Of a stretch of DNA of 64,000 nt, positions 1 to 12,273 are shown one piece after another. Position numbers and translations under genes: made by a program. Positions within the stretch are counted from its first letter, which is position 1; every line of letters begins with the position of its first letter. The notes below the pieces were generated by a model, which was not told where the DNA came from, made no database searches, and saw only the letters and a list, made by a program, of their open reading frames with translations. Source of the stretch: Massalongia carnosa (lineage: Eukaryota); contig OZ287071.1 in assembly GCA_965645245.1 (NCBI GenBank), positions 1,364,001 through 1,428,000 of the forward strand. The letters run 5' to 3'.

Positions 1-3000
1 TATGATACAGCCAAAACGGTGGGACTGCTTTACCTCTTTTGTCGCGAATGTCCAGATTTGGTCACATGCTGGGCAAGTGCTCATCTCTTTAGGCCGTTGA
101 GAGATTTCCTAAGCAACAGGGCGTCAGGCCTTGTCTTGAGCAAGAACAAAAACATAGGTGCAAGAAGGACAAACCCTGGAGACGGCCTCCTCTCGTTCCA
201 GCGTGAAATTCTCTCGAAGCCTTAAACGTTGCTGCAAGCCTTCAGTCTCCGCGATTGTAAGCACGCGGGGGTATAGGGTAGGAAAGTCAGGACCTCCTCG
301 CATTTCTGGCTCCAAACATGGGCCCCATCGAGGCAGTTTGATACTTCCTCCTGGATTGCGGTAGACAGATTCCTGTTCTGTACGGGCAGCTTGGCGCTGC
401 CGCTCAGCCTCTATTCCCGGGAGGGAAAGCGGACCAAAGCTATCATCTGAGCGCTTGGGCTTTGCCTGTCGGTCCAATTCAAGTTGCCTTCTCGTTTCAT
501 TTACTCCTTGGTAGAGCCCTTGCTCACTTCTTGCCAGAATCTCCTGGGATTCCACCATGTCTCTAAAACTTTTCTTGAAATCAAACGTTGCTCGAATTCT
601 GTCTCTCTACGTAATCTCGTTAGCTTCAGCAAGTTTAAACAACTTATAGAAGACACACCCAATCACCTGGACATATCTCGATATGCTCATTGTCAATTTT
701 GAGGAAAACCTTCTGTAGAAACTCCCGGCTTGAGGTTACATGATTGAAATAGAGCCATTCTGAATCCGACTTGAATGTAGGTACACGTATCTTGATACCG
801 GGACCTTCCACCCTTGGGTCGAAACCTAGCAAGCTGGATGACAAGAGGGCCAGGTCTTTCATGAGCCCCTCGATATTGAAGGCATTCCGTTCGTAGTGTT
901 TGGAAACCACCCAATCTCCATTTAGTGCAGAGAACCCAGTTCCGTCGTATACGCGTATCTTTTCCTGATTTCAAGTCATTAGTCAGCCTTCTTCTCTGAT
1001 TTCTGAGATGGCTCACTCACAAATGGTTTAATTACGCATATTGGCTCATTCACCGTGATGTTCTTTGCCATGTAGTTGGCCCACACGTTCTGTGTTGCGA
1101 TTACCTCCCATGAGTCCTTCCACAAAGGCTTTTGGGGGCTGACTTCTATCAGTTGGTCACCTCGCTCTTCAAAGGAAGGCTCACGAAAGAGTGGAGAATG
1201 GCGGCCAGCTTCCAGATCCTTTAAGTTAGGTATGAGTATGACCGCAGAAGTGAGATGAGAATAAAGACTGTTTCTAATTGTATCCATCAAGCATTGAAAA
1301 TTAAAGGGCGGGCTGAAGAGGCTGCTGGTTGTTCTGGCTGGACGGGTGATAGTATAGACCAGTGGAGCCCGAGGGGGGTCAAGAAATATATCGGGGCGCT
1401 TGTAGAGTTCTACGTGTGCATGGTTAGATAGTACTTGATCTGTCTCAAGACCTGTGATGCTGCTGAATATTCCTTGAATCGTTTCGTTCAATACTAACGG
1501 GTCGTCCAAGCAAATGACGTGGTCTCCATGACCAGGGATTTCGAGCAGGAGTGTTTGGGCCATAGTTTCACTTTTCTTCGGTTGGGGAAACAAGAAGCGT
1601 ATTGCGCTATCCAAAAACTCAAAGCTGAGGCTTTCGAACTCCTCTTTCCTCTTATCCCAGCGTAAAGAAGTAACAAAGTGGCCGATCTCGGGGGCTCTCA
1701 CTTCGAGAAAGTTGGTTTTGATAGGCTCAGGGATAAATCGGAGATCTTCTTTGGTCCTGGCAACCCGAATTCTAGCTTTTGGGTTCCCTATTTCAAGCAA
1801 AATGTCGGAGAAATTTTCTGGCTCTGAGGAGCCGACCTCTATGTTGTATTCATTAGCACCAGGAGTTTCAACGGCAAAAGAGAATTCCTTAAGCGTCACG
1901 GGTGCGCTATCCCAAGCTGCAACTTTATAAGCCGCGTTGTAGAAACTCTCATACGACCAGTTATCCACGTATAAACAGCATGTTTTACCCAAAATATGGT
2001 ATGCAGAAATAGTTCCTTCCTCCAATTCATAGTCTTCGAATTCAAAGAAATCATTCCGAAGGCCTGGCCCGAAATTAATTGGCTCAAGTTCTTTAGTAGC
2101 TCCATCAGAATAAATATTGCCAACCCCTGGGAACCACAGATTACGTGGGGGAGATAGCTGATGGATATATTCCTCGGGAATTGGCTTGCGTCCTATGAAT
2201 TTTCAGAGGACGTCCTCGGTGTGAACTTCTGAAACTAATACTTACTGCGTAATATTGGCTCACCATAGCTTTCCTTGTTATAGAAATCGAGAAATTCAAG
2301 CTCATCTTCTTCATGTTTGATAATCTCGTAAACATCATCAATTCCTACGGCCTGGTCACCTTGCAAGTCCCAGCCTCCTGGATTTTGCCCACGAACCAGT
2401 GGTTCCTGAAAATTGATAGGACTAACAGGCCGCCCAAAGTGCTGCTGGGTGAGCTTGAAAGCCACCGTTGGTATAGAGGTCTTGAGTTCATCATTGAACT
2501 TCTGAGCATACTCGTCGTCGCCCCGTGCAAGCCGAACAATGGATGAGGTAGTCCCGTATCGAAGTTCACTGAACTTCCTTGAAGTCTGTTCCGAAAGTGC
2601 TTTTAGAATATCTGCGAATCCATACTTTTCAAGTTTCTGCTCCCAACTAGCCTCAACCAGTTCCCATTCCGCATCTCCAGGCCGTGGACCAAACTGGCCA
2701 GACCTTTCTCGGTGGGGTTGACCGTTGCTACTGTACGGTATTCCTAGCAATTTACGTTGTGACTTCCAATGAGGTCCTATTGTAGCTTTGACAGGGTTCC
2801 AGAAGCGCAACTCAGAATCTCTTTTCAGATTGCTCCCCCGATAATGCTGTCCATCACCAAACTCCGTCCAGGCATTCTGTGCAATGGATTTTGACTCAAG
2901 CTCCTCCTTGGGGCGTACCTCAATGTCGGCTCTTTCGCGCTCAAACTCGGCCAGAGCAGCAGCTTCCTCGGGCAGAAGCTTCGTGTTGCGAAAAGTCTCG

Positions 3001-3518
3001 GCATAATTAACGAGCCGTTGACCAATCATGGGATCAGGATCGTTCTTGGTCTTCCAAAAACGGTACGACGGCAGCTCATCTTGCTCCACCGATAGATAAT
3101 AAAGATTATCGTTTGTCCGTAGCTCTTCCGTCATTTGCTCTTCTTCTTCTGAAAGATAGTCCGTTTCCATTGTGATATTATCTATGAGGTTGGTTTTTGC
3201 AGTTTTTGGGTTGATCGTAAGTTGTAAATAAGAGGCTTTAATGGCGTTGCCATTTTGAAGGAATTTCGTCAAGATACCATGACGGGCACTTTGAATCATG
3301 TTGGGCGTTGGCCGAAGGGGATATCTTTGTCTTGGGATTCTTCGCGTTCCAAGCTTGGTGGAGAATCGAAATAGGGTTATATTTGAAACACCATCTTGGG
3401 AACCCTTCCGAGGAGGCTTCAAGTCGGCTCTCGGATGCTGATGGAACTTATCTGTGTTCTGAAAAACAGATCTTAGTGGTGGCTCAACGGTTCCACCAGA
3501 ATTGGTGTTAAGGCCCAT
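1..3518 (-). CDS. Large uncharacterised multi-exon protein (>1000 aa), 3' end beyond the window start; CPAC motif near the edge
   Basis: ORFs 2235-3518, 979-2025, 644-910 and 124-558 join in frame through GT-AG introns at 2245-2193, 1020-965, 658-607 and 174-109. The next exon (108-34) reads EISQRPKEMSTCPACDQIWTFATKE and another intron starts at 33. Confidence 0.7.
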
Positions 3519-4641
3519 GGCTTCGCAGGAAACACTTGAGGCTATGGATCTCTGAAGACGAAAGCTGTTGCGCTCCCTAGCAGACCAATTGGCTTATCTT
3601 AAGTTCTCGTCCGATCTTGGTTTGACCAACACAGCCTTCTTGGTCAAATTTACTCCTACCTAAATCGAAGAAAGAGAGATAGGAGAAACTGGAAACATAG
3701 AGTCATTAGAACCTAGTGCAACAAAGGGAAATTTAGACAGCAAATTGGCCGCTTTTGGAAAATCGGTTTCGTCAAAGGTGGAGAAAATAATATCAAAGAT
3801 TATCGTCATCTTACCACACCGCTTGCGGTTTTGGAATGTGGTCTGTTTGACTTCACTCAAAAAATGAGTTCATATGTAAACTTCATCGCTTCTCAGTTAG
3901 TAACACAGAAAGTATAGAAATGCGAACGAGGCGTAGATAAGATAATAAAGAGATAATCCATAGGTAATCTTTGGAGCACTCTCCGTGGCTTCCCACATGG
4001 ATATAATTATGAATCGTATAAATAGTAAGATTGGAATATATTAAGCTTAAGAATAACAGACGGAGTGAAGATGCGTCTGAGTCTTGTCTAGACGCATCGC
4101 CGCTCTTCCAATGCAGAATTTAGGTAAAAGTGAGGATGGATCAAGCACTAAACAAAGAAGCATCCAAACTTTAGATAGGCACAAACCACATAAATGCAGT
4201 TGATGCGCACTTACTAGCCACCTTTTGTACTTCGTACATGGCGAGTTAACTTGATGTTCACGCTTCGTAGAGTATTCGTATTCTTATTCCAAGCTCTTTC
4301 CCCCCTATTTTCCAGGCAGGAAACGGTCAATAACACCTTCAGCGGTTGCGAAAACGTTTTTAACATGCCAATCCTAATGCAACGTTAGTGAGCCTATTTG
4401 TAGAAATAGAATTCCTGAGTATATAATAGACCATTAACAGTGAGGGAGATTACTCCTGAATAAGAATGAGAAGGGTTCGCAAGAATGTTTTATTAATTTC
4501 CAGAGCTGGGATTTGCACGAAGAGGTGATGGCTACTTGATAACCTGTGACTCAATCTTCCAAATTTGAGGGTCAGCGTCCCCTTTTGCTTGCTGGAATGG
4601 CGGATTTCAGCGATAGTCATACTCCTATCAAGCCGTCAATT

Positions 4642-5456
4642 TTAAAATCGTCTTCTGTCGCCCCTCCCAAAACCCATCAACTGCCCCATTTCAGTAACCC
4701 AATCCATTATTCCATCAATAGCCGCTTTCACTAATCCTTTCGCCTTCCTGCGTCTCTGATCTCCCCCTCCTCCAAGACTGCCATTCATAGCAGCTGCCCT
4801 ATTGCCATCTCCAGTGGCATATTCACTGCCCATGCTAGGCAATACATTCTCCCCAGCGCTCAGTGAGACGAACAACGCAAATGGGATAAGCCAAACGAAA
4901 ATCCCAAAGTAGGAGGCGATTTCGGCAAAGGAGGGTATGTCGGGGCGATCATATCGGCTAGAGTTGGGGTATCTTGAAGCGGGTAGCGAAAGAGGAGTGG
5001 AAAAGTGATGGAACCAGAGAAAGTGGTTCAAGACTACCAAGACTATATTATTTATTAGCAACCTTTCGTTTCTTAAGCGAAGAAGATACATACCACAAGA
5101 TAAAATGAGAATTGGATCTGATAAGCGGACTGTGGGGAAGTGACGAAGGTTGCGCGCATACACAACATGGCTGACGATGCTAAGCAGAGAAAGGACGAGG
5201 GGAAAGTTATCTATAATAACAAGGAGGCCTTGCGCAGAGATAATAGCATAGATTAGACGCGTTAGAAGCTTCTTGGTGAAAACCGTATGTTCCTCCACCA
5301 GCTCAGAAAGATAGTATAGTCCTGAAGCTACCAAGACAATCAGTTCGCATAACGGTAGGTGCCTGTGGAGGGATCCCCATGCTCACCGATGGCAAGCGTC
5401 AGGAAACCAAAGCCTAAGAGTACACCTGCATAGCCAACAAGGGGGAGAATCCACAT
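4642..5456 (-). CDS. SVP26: Svp26/TEX261 (Erv26 family) ER-Golgi cargo adaptor
   Basis: Exon 1 MWILPLVGYAGVLLGFGFLTLAI, then ASGLYYLSELVEEHTV and WLIPFALFVSLSAGENVLP motifs; two introns. Confidence 0.9.
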
Positions 5457-5727
5457 ATTTCTAAAACCAGGTGATTTTAACGTTTAGATGGCGCCATGAA
5501 GCTGGATAGGTAGACGCTATTCCGCAGAAAGGATCCAGAGCCCATTTCACCGCTTTCGGCAGAAAAAGTTTCCCCACCGTGCCCACCGTGCCCACCACCT
5601 AGGCTCTTTTCTCTTCATCCAACATCTTTCTTATTTTAAAATACATAACCTTGGAACATGCCTTAAATGATCCCAGACAGCAGAAGCCAGATCGCTACAC
5701 AGAATCATAGACTATATCCCTGTCACT

Positions 5728-6631
5728 ATGTCTCGCCCAGAGGACAGCCTGTGAGCAACCCATTGTCCCGCCCTGAGCCTTCCGTACATTAAGCCAATTA
5801 ACAAAAAGCTACGCCAACAGCCCCCCTGATCTTTACTACAACGACAATGAATCTCGAAAATACACCACGTCCTCACGCATCCAAAAAATTCAATCCGAAA
5901 TGACCCATCGAGCCCTCGAGCTCCTCGCCCTCTCCTCGCCCTCCCTGGTCCTCGACATAGGCTGCGGCTCCGGCCTCTCTGGAGAAATCTTATCCTCCGT
6001 CGATACCGCAGATGGTGGGCCCCATATATGGGTTGGGATGGACATCTCGGCCTCGATGCTTGACATAGCGCTCCAGCGCGACGTCCAGGGTGACCTCATG
6101 CTCGCGGATATAGGACAGGGCGTGCCATTTCGCCCGGGCAGCTTGGACGCGGCGATTAGTATTAGTGCAATACAATGGCTCTGTAATGCGGAGAGTAGCA
6201 ATGTAAGTCCGCAGGGAAGGCTAACGCGGTTCTTCAACGGACTGTATTCGAGTTTGAGAAGGGGAGGGAGGGCCGTGTGTCAATTTTATCCGAAAAATGA
6301 AGCACAAAGGAGTATGATAAGCGGAGCGGCCATCAAGGCGGGCTTTGGGGCGGGAATATTGGAAGATGACCCAGGGACGAAGAATAGTAAATTATACTTA
6401 GTGTTGACGGTGGGTGGAGGAGATTTGCAGGGCGACATTACGAGTGTGGTGAAGGGGATGGACGTAGATGTTGTAGATGGAAGGAGGAAGAGTAAAGAGA
6501 CGAAAAGGAAAGAGGACCGGAAAGGGAGCAAGGTTTGGATAATCAAGAAAAAAGAGCAGATGGAAAGGAAAGGGAAAATAGTCAAGGCGTCATCAAAATA
6601 TACGGGTCGCAAACGAGGCCCAATCTTCTAA
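5728..6631 (+). CDS. BUD23: 18S rRNA m7G methyltransferase Bud23/WBSCR22
   Basis: MSRPEDSL|PPDLYYND...KYT N-terminus, LDIGCGSGLSG SAM motif, ISISAIQWLCNA, C-terminal SKYTGRKR. Confidence 0.95.
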
Positions 6632-6848
6632 GGAGGCTTCCTGCTGGGACTGGCTACTCTTGGTGTATTTTAGCATGGTGCTTAAGGAGTTCGAAGGGGA
6701 GAAATTCTCATGGGAATAGTAGACTAGTACTGTACAGAAGTAAAATCCTGTACCAGACCACCCAGATCCTGCTGATCATACCAATCGTTGTCCCTGGATC
6801 CTTTATGCATATCCCATTGTATGTACAACCTCTTAGCTCCCTTACTAA

Positions 6849-8298
6849 TCACCCGGCAAGCTCCATCTTGTCTAGCACTGCTCTGGTAAAGTGGTGGGTT
6901 GAATGGTTCCCCCCCATGTCCCGCGTCCTTGACTTTCTGTTGTTCACGTAAGCGAGTATCTAGATAGAACACAAACGCACCCTCTCACCCTTCACTAATA
7001 ACGTCATAAACAGCTTTCGATATGCGGTTCGCATGCTCATCTAGACCTAGATGCCGCAGGAGCATTGATCCGGAGAGCAGCATCGCTGTTGGATTAGCTT
7101 GGTCCTTTCCCTTGATATCAAGTCCAACATGTCGACAGCCAGGTTCAAACACAGCGACGTCACGACCCATATTACACCCTGGAACAATTCCGGGCCCTCC
7201 CACGAGCGCAGCACCAACATTCGACAGGATGCCACCATAGAGATTTGGCATTACCATTACATCGAATTGTTGTGGCTTAGAGACAGCCTGCATAGAGGCA
7301 TTGTCGACGATCATATCACTAACCTCAACCGTCGGATAATCCTGAGCGACCTTGTGGAAGGTGTCCCTGAAGAGACCGTCGGCTAATTTCATGATGTTAG
7401 CTTTATGAATGCAAGTAACCTTTTTACGGTGATTTGCAAGGGCAAAGCTGAAAGCAAATTTAGCGATGCGTTCAGACTTGGCTCTTGTGATTATTTTGAG
7501 CGATTCAACAACTCCTGGGACTGATTGATGCTCGAGTCCTGAGTATTCGCCTTCGGTGTTCTCGCGAATGATACATAGATCAACATTGTCATGCCGAGTT
7601 TTGTAACCAGGAATGTTCTTGATAAGTACAATGGATGCATATATGTCTAGCTCTTGGCGTAAAGCAACGTTAAAGGACTGATGGCCGGACCGTTCCACTG
7701 GAGTGTGTAGAATACCTTCGTACTTTAGCAGTAACTTAGGATGTATATTGAGCGCTCCATACCCTTAAGACCCAACTTGTTCCGTTTCAATGAAGCAATG
7801 GATTCTCGGAAGAGCTCCTCCGAGTGTTTATCCCCAGACTCTACTCCCGTAACGTCGATTTGCTCCCATTCAATTGGGACGTTATCAGCCTTGAAGACGG
7901 TCTTCACCGACTCAGCTACTTCAGCACCGATGCCATCGCCTAGTCATTCAGCATTAGCACTTAGATTTATCCGGGCTATACGAGTACCTCAGCTACATAC
8001 CAGGGATCAAAGTTGTGGTGTACTTTCCACCATATTTGGTTGGTTTAAAAATATCCGATTGGACCGTAGCCATGGCTAGTGAGAGAGATTAGCATAAGCG
8101 TTGTCTTCTTAGTGTATCAGAGACATACTTCTTTGATAGCGGGGCGATACAAGGCACTGTTGTGACGCCCTAACACCTCGTAAGAGGGACTGGTAGGGCT
8201 GTGAGCAACAAGCTCAACTCTTTCGGTCGTACTTTGGCTGAACGGTTATGTGGAGAGAAACTTACCTGCGGCCCTGGGGTAGACCCTCGAGATAACAT
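6849..8298 (-). CDS. IDH1: Mitochondrial NAD-dependent isocitrate dehydrogenase subunit 1
   Basis: RENTEGEYSGLEH, HKANIMKLADGLF, MIVDNASMQ, MPNLYGGILSNVGAALVGGPG; last exon KSRTRDMGGNHSTHHFTRAVLDKMELAG*; start MLSRG at 8298. Confidence 0.93.
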
Positions 8299-9568
8299 TT
8301 TGAACAAAAGCTAGGAAATGGTTGTCTCTGGTAGAACGGACATAGCACTAGGTATCCCACAACTCCCGGAGACAAACGCGAGTGGAGGAGCCGCCGCTAA
8401 CTTAGACGCGAGAGATCTTGCGCCCCATCATCATTCCTCCCTTGTTCACAGCAGTAGCATGTCCAATTCTTACAACCAAAATGAAATGCCTAGAAACCAT
8501 CGCTCTGCATAAGCGTGCAGTGCTTACTTTCAGCGTAAGCTTACCCCTTAGCTTCATAGAAAGGGAGAAAGAGACGCGCATGTCCTGTTTCTTGTTCCTA
8601 ATAATCGTGATGCACCCATCAGGAGCTACAAGCACAGTTCTTAGATCAACATACAGCAAACGCATGAGGAACTCCATTCCATCTATAATAATGTCTCGTT
8701 TCAGAACTGTACGATTTTGTTTTCCCTGACGTCTGACCCTTTTGTTTTGCTGTACTCATGCGCTGCTGAGAATTGCCGGCCTCGAGGAGTTTCGAGTCGA
8801 TGCTTAATGGGAAGGGCATAAGGCCTCTTTGTTTGTTGTCAATTTTCTCAAAGGTAGGAAGGCATTCGAGCTTTACTGTGAAATTGTTTAATACAATTTG
8901 CTTTGCTACAAAATCAAGGTTTATAGAATAGGGGCGAAGTCTATTGGCAGTTGTAGATCCACGCTGCACCTCAAGAACACCAAGAAACCATAAAACGGAT
9001 CGTATCAAATTTCTCAAGGCTGTGTTCGCCAAGTCTAGATCAGTGAGGTTTTGTGTCCACTTTGTTTGTCAACCTACATACTTGCGCCGCATTATTTCAG
9101 GCAAACTTCACTTTTCGTGTTATTGCTCAGATAGGTTAGCTTGTCCGGGCTCTTCAACCGGAAAGGGGTATCAATAACCCAAAATCCTGGAGACATACGG
9201 CCTCAATAAGAATCAGATTCTTTGGAGATCCTTTGATACAAATAAGAAACTATAGCGTTTTTAGAAGGACATTGGTTATTTCACATTCCTAGTGACATCG
9301 CCCTCCCCGGTCGGTCCATGGGTTCTTCGGGATTTGCGTCCGACGATGCCATCACTTGCGTCTAAGTGTATGGAGCTCTTCCAGATCAGTATCCGGTTGA
9401 TGTGTTCAAAGGTGACACCTGTCGAACTATTGAAAGATCTGGGCGACTTCAAGGTAGCCTCATATCAAAGGCGGGCTTGCAATACTTTTGCTCCCCCTGC
9501 TGCCCTAGCTATGTTATATGATGGAATTCACGATCTTTCTTGTACACTTGAGTCTACTAGGTCTAGAT

Positions 9569-9611
9569 TCTTATTGATATCTTGTTGAGATCTTATTGAG
9601 ATCTTATTGAC
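9569..9611 (+). promoter_or_regulatory. Four tandem TCTT(A/G)TTGA motifs with 11-bp period upstream of the pheromone gene
   Basis: Copies start at 9569, 9580, 9591 and 9602; an inverted copy lies at 9203-9211. Confidence 0.55.
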
Positions 9612-9734
9612 GACGCCTTCGCCCCCCAAGTATGGCCTAGAGTTTCTTTTACCTATCAACTTTCTTTATTAGCCTCCACCGTTGCATTGCAGCTCTGATT
9701 GAAACATTTACTTTAATCCTATGATCACTTCAGC

Positions 9735-9742
9735 TATATAAA
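9735..9742 (+). promoter_or_regulatory. TATA box of the pheromone precursor gene
   Basis: TATATAAA about 140 bp upstream of the ATG, followed by a pyrimidine-rich leader. Confidence 0.55.
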
Positions 9743-9878
9743 GTGCATCATCTCACATTTACTTTATTTTTAATTCCTCACCATACAACATTCTTTCCCG
9801 CTCACTTCATCTTCTAAGTACACTCTCTAAAAACTAGTTTACATAACAAACATTGTTCGATTCTAAACATTAATCAAA

Positions 9879-10570
9879 ATGAAGGTTACGTCCATCATTT
9901 TCGCCACCCTCGTGGCCGTCGCCTCCGTCGAGGCCGCTGCATCCCCTGTTGCTGGTCCCGTCGCTGAGGCAAGGCATCAGCATCATTTCTGTTATCGCCC
10001 CGGCGAGCCTTGCTCCAAGCTCAAGCGGGCTGCTGATGCTGCTGCTGAGGCGCTTGCAGGCCCTCTTCCAGGACCGGACGCTGACCCTCGCCACCATTTT
10101 TGTTACCGCCCGGGTGAGCCCTGCTCCAAGGCCAAGCGTGATGCTCTTGCCCTCGCCGAGGCGGTTGCGGAAGCTGAGGCAGTTGCCGATCCTGAAGCAA
10201 GACACCACTTTTGCTATCGCCCAGGCGAGCCTTGCTCCAAGGCCAAGCGTGATGCGCTGGCAGCCGCCGAGGCCGCGGCGGAGGCTCAACCAGCCCCTGA
10301 AGCTGGTAAATAATCCTTCCCCGCTTTTGGCTTTTCGCTCCTTTCATCTTATACTAATGATTATCCACAGATGCAAGACATCACTTCTGTTACCGCCCTG
10401 GTGAGCCCTGCAGCAAGGTGAAGCGCGCAGCTTTGGCCATTGCCGAAGCCATCGCCGAGCCAAGCCCTGAGCTCGAGGCACGGAGACATCACTTTTGCTA
10501 TCGCCCAGGCGAGCCTTGCAGCAAAGCCAAGCGTGCTCTCGATGAACTAAGCTTCACACTCAAGCTCTAA
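9879..10570 (+). CDS. ppg1: Alpha-factor-type pheromone precursor (Kex2/Ste13-processed repeat protein) with five HHFCYRPGEPC repeats
   Basis: Signal peptide; repeats end in SK(A/L/V)KR; spacers are XA/XP dipeptide runs. Intron 10306-10370 (GTAAAT...ACTAAT...CAG) adds two more repeats and a stop at 10568-10570. Confidence 0.85.
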
Positions 10571-12273
10571 CTGCTTGGTCGATAATATTCTACGGGCCAC
10601 TTCCCCGGCCACATGGACAAATTCTTTAATCATTTCTCTTGTCTATTTCTGACATAACACTCTTTGCTTCTCTTATTTCCTTCGGTGTTCTCCCTTGAAA
10701 AAACCCCATTTCTTTTTTTCGCCCTTACGCTTCCTTGCTCCGAGTCTCGATGATAATAAGGCTGGTCCTCTCTACTTCCCTATATCGCCATTAGGCAAAC
10801 CGACTACATGACGCGGAAAATGGCTTTTATGCATTCCAGCAGCATTAGTACCAACTGTAGCCGACTAACCCGACAAACTATCTATTGCAGGATCTCCAGC
10901 ATTCACTATCATCTAACGAGTCTGCAAAGGGGTACGGGGTGTAACCGAAACAGCGCTTGCAATCGTCTACGACGATAAGACTTTTTCCAATTCACCATTG
11001 CGGACGTACATTCTTTCTTTTGGCGCAAGCGATATACATCACGTCACCCTTGCACATGGATTTTACATAAACCTTACACATTCAAATATTTAGTATCCCT
11101 GTTTCTGCTTTGTAAACTTTAACAATTGCTCCCCCACTTTGCCGCGATTTTTGAAAGCCTTCTTCTTGTGTTCCCCTATTTGCTGTGCTCCTTGGGGTAG
11201 CGGAGAGAATAAATGGAAGTCTTCTTCGGCTATTTTTGGCTTAGGGGGTTTGCTTTCGCCGCGTCCTTGGGGTACCGAGTAGCTGTTTGTTCCTTTAGCA
11301 CATCTATCAATCTTTATAATCGTGAACGGTTGTAATTTTATGGGTGACGAGCGGCTCGAGCGAATCCGAGAATTGAGAACTTTCTTTTTCGTAAAGAGTT
11401 GGTTTGGGGTGGGTAATTATGCAGGTTAAGCTTATGAGTGCCTATCTGACGGGAAAGGGAGCCAGCTTGAAAAGAAACAAGAGCTCTTAAGCCTACATAT
11501 GAGATTCAGCGGTATACCTAGGCCCGGCATTTCTCAGCCTTAGACGAAGTTATCTTTTTTCCAAGCTGCCACTTGTAGGAAGCTTTGCAGTTTCTCACGT
11601 CAAGTTTCATAAGTAGCTACTTGGATATCATGAGAATAATTCTTATTACCACATATAAGTCATAAAATTGGGGTAAAGTAAACTATAGAAGCACAAATTC
11701 AAATATTTCTTAAGACCGCCAAGATAAATGGTGTGAAGTGAATACATGTACAAATGATTGAAGAGGGAATGGTGAGCCTAGTTTCGTCTCTGTTAATTAG
11801 GCTTTGCAAGCGTGATTGATGTATGGAAAAACCCGCTTTCCATGGGTTGCACTTGACTTGGGACTGTGTGATGTGGGAAAACTGAAGCTTTGCAGGAATT
11901 AGCCAGGGGGGCCCTCTCAACGATGATATAAGTCTGTGATGGCTCATGTACTTGTCCTCTGATCTTTGATATAAGTTGCCAATTTATAGGGAGAGTTCGT
12001 GGATCCAAGGCGTCGAACCATGGGTGCATGAGTCTTGAGACTGCCGCGAGCGTCGGAAAGCATCCCAAAACAATTAACGTAGGTTGTGGGAGTTCGCTTT
12101 AACTAATGGCAGGTGTAAATATATGCCTTACCTTTTCAGAGCATAATTTGGTGATCGAAGAAAGTCGTTGAATACTTATCCGAAATTAGGCATATAAGCA
12201 AAAGCGAGTAAGTGAAACAGCTACTAGACTATGGGTAGGGCTTTCAAGACAAGTCTGGGCCATCTACCAGAAC

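Noticed and set aside
3621..4098. Two 9-bp-stem hairpins (3621-3648 and 4070-4098)
   Set aside because: Stems this short are expected by chance in 64 kb and have no supporting context.
8402..9032. Minus-strand ORFs of 128 and 91 aa between IDH1 and the pheromone gene, with some splice-like signals
   Set aside because: No recognisable motif and no consistent exon chain or ATG start could be built.
10860..10944. Branch point and acceptor (ACTAAC...TTGCAG at 10890) downstream of the pheromone stop
   Set aside because: No convincing matching donor found; may be a 3' UTR intron or chance.
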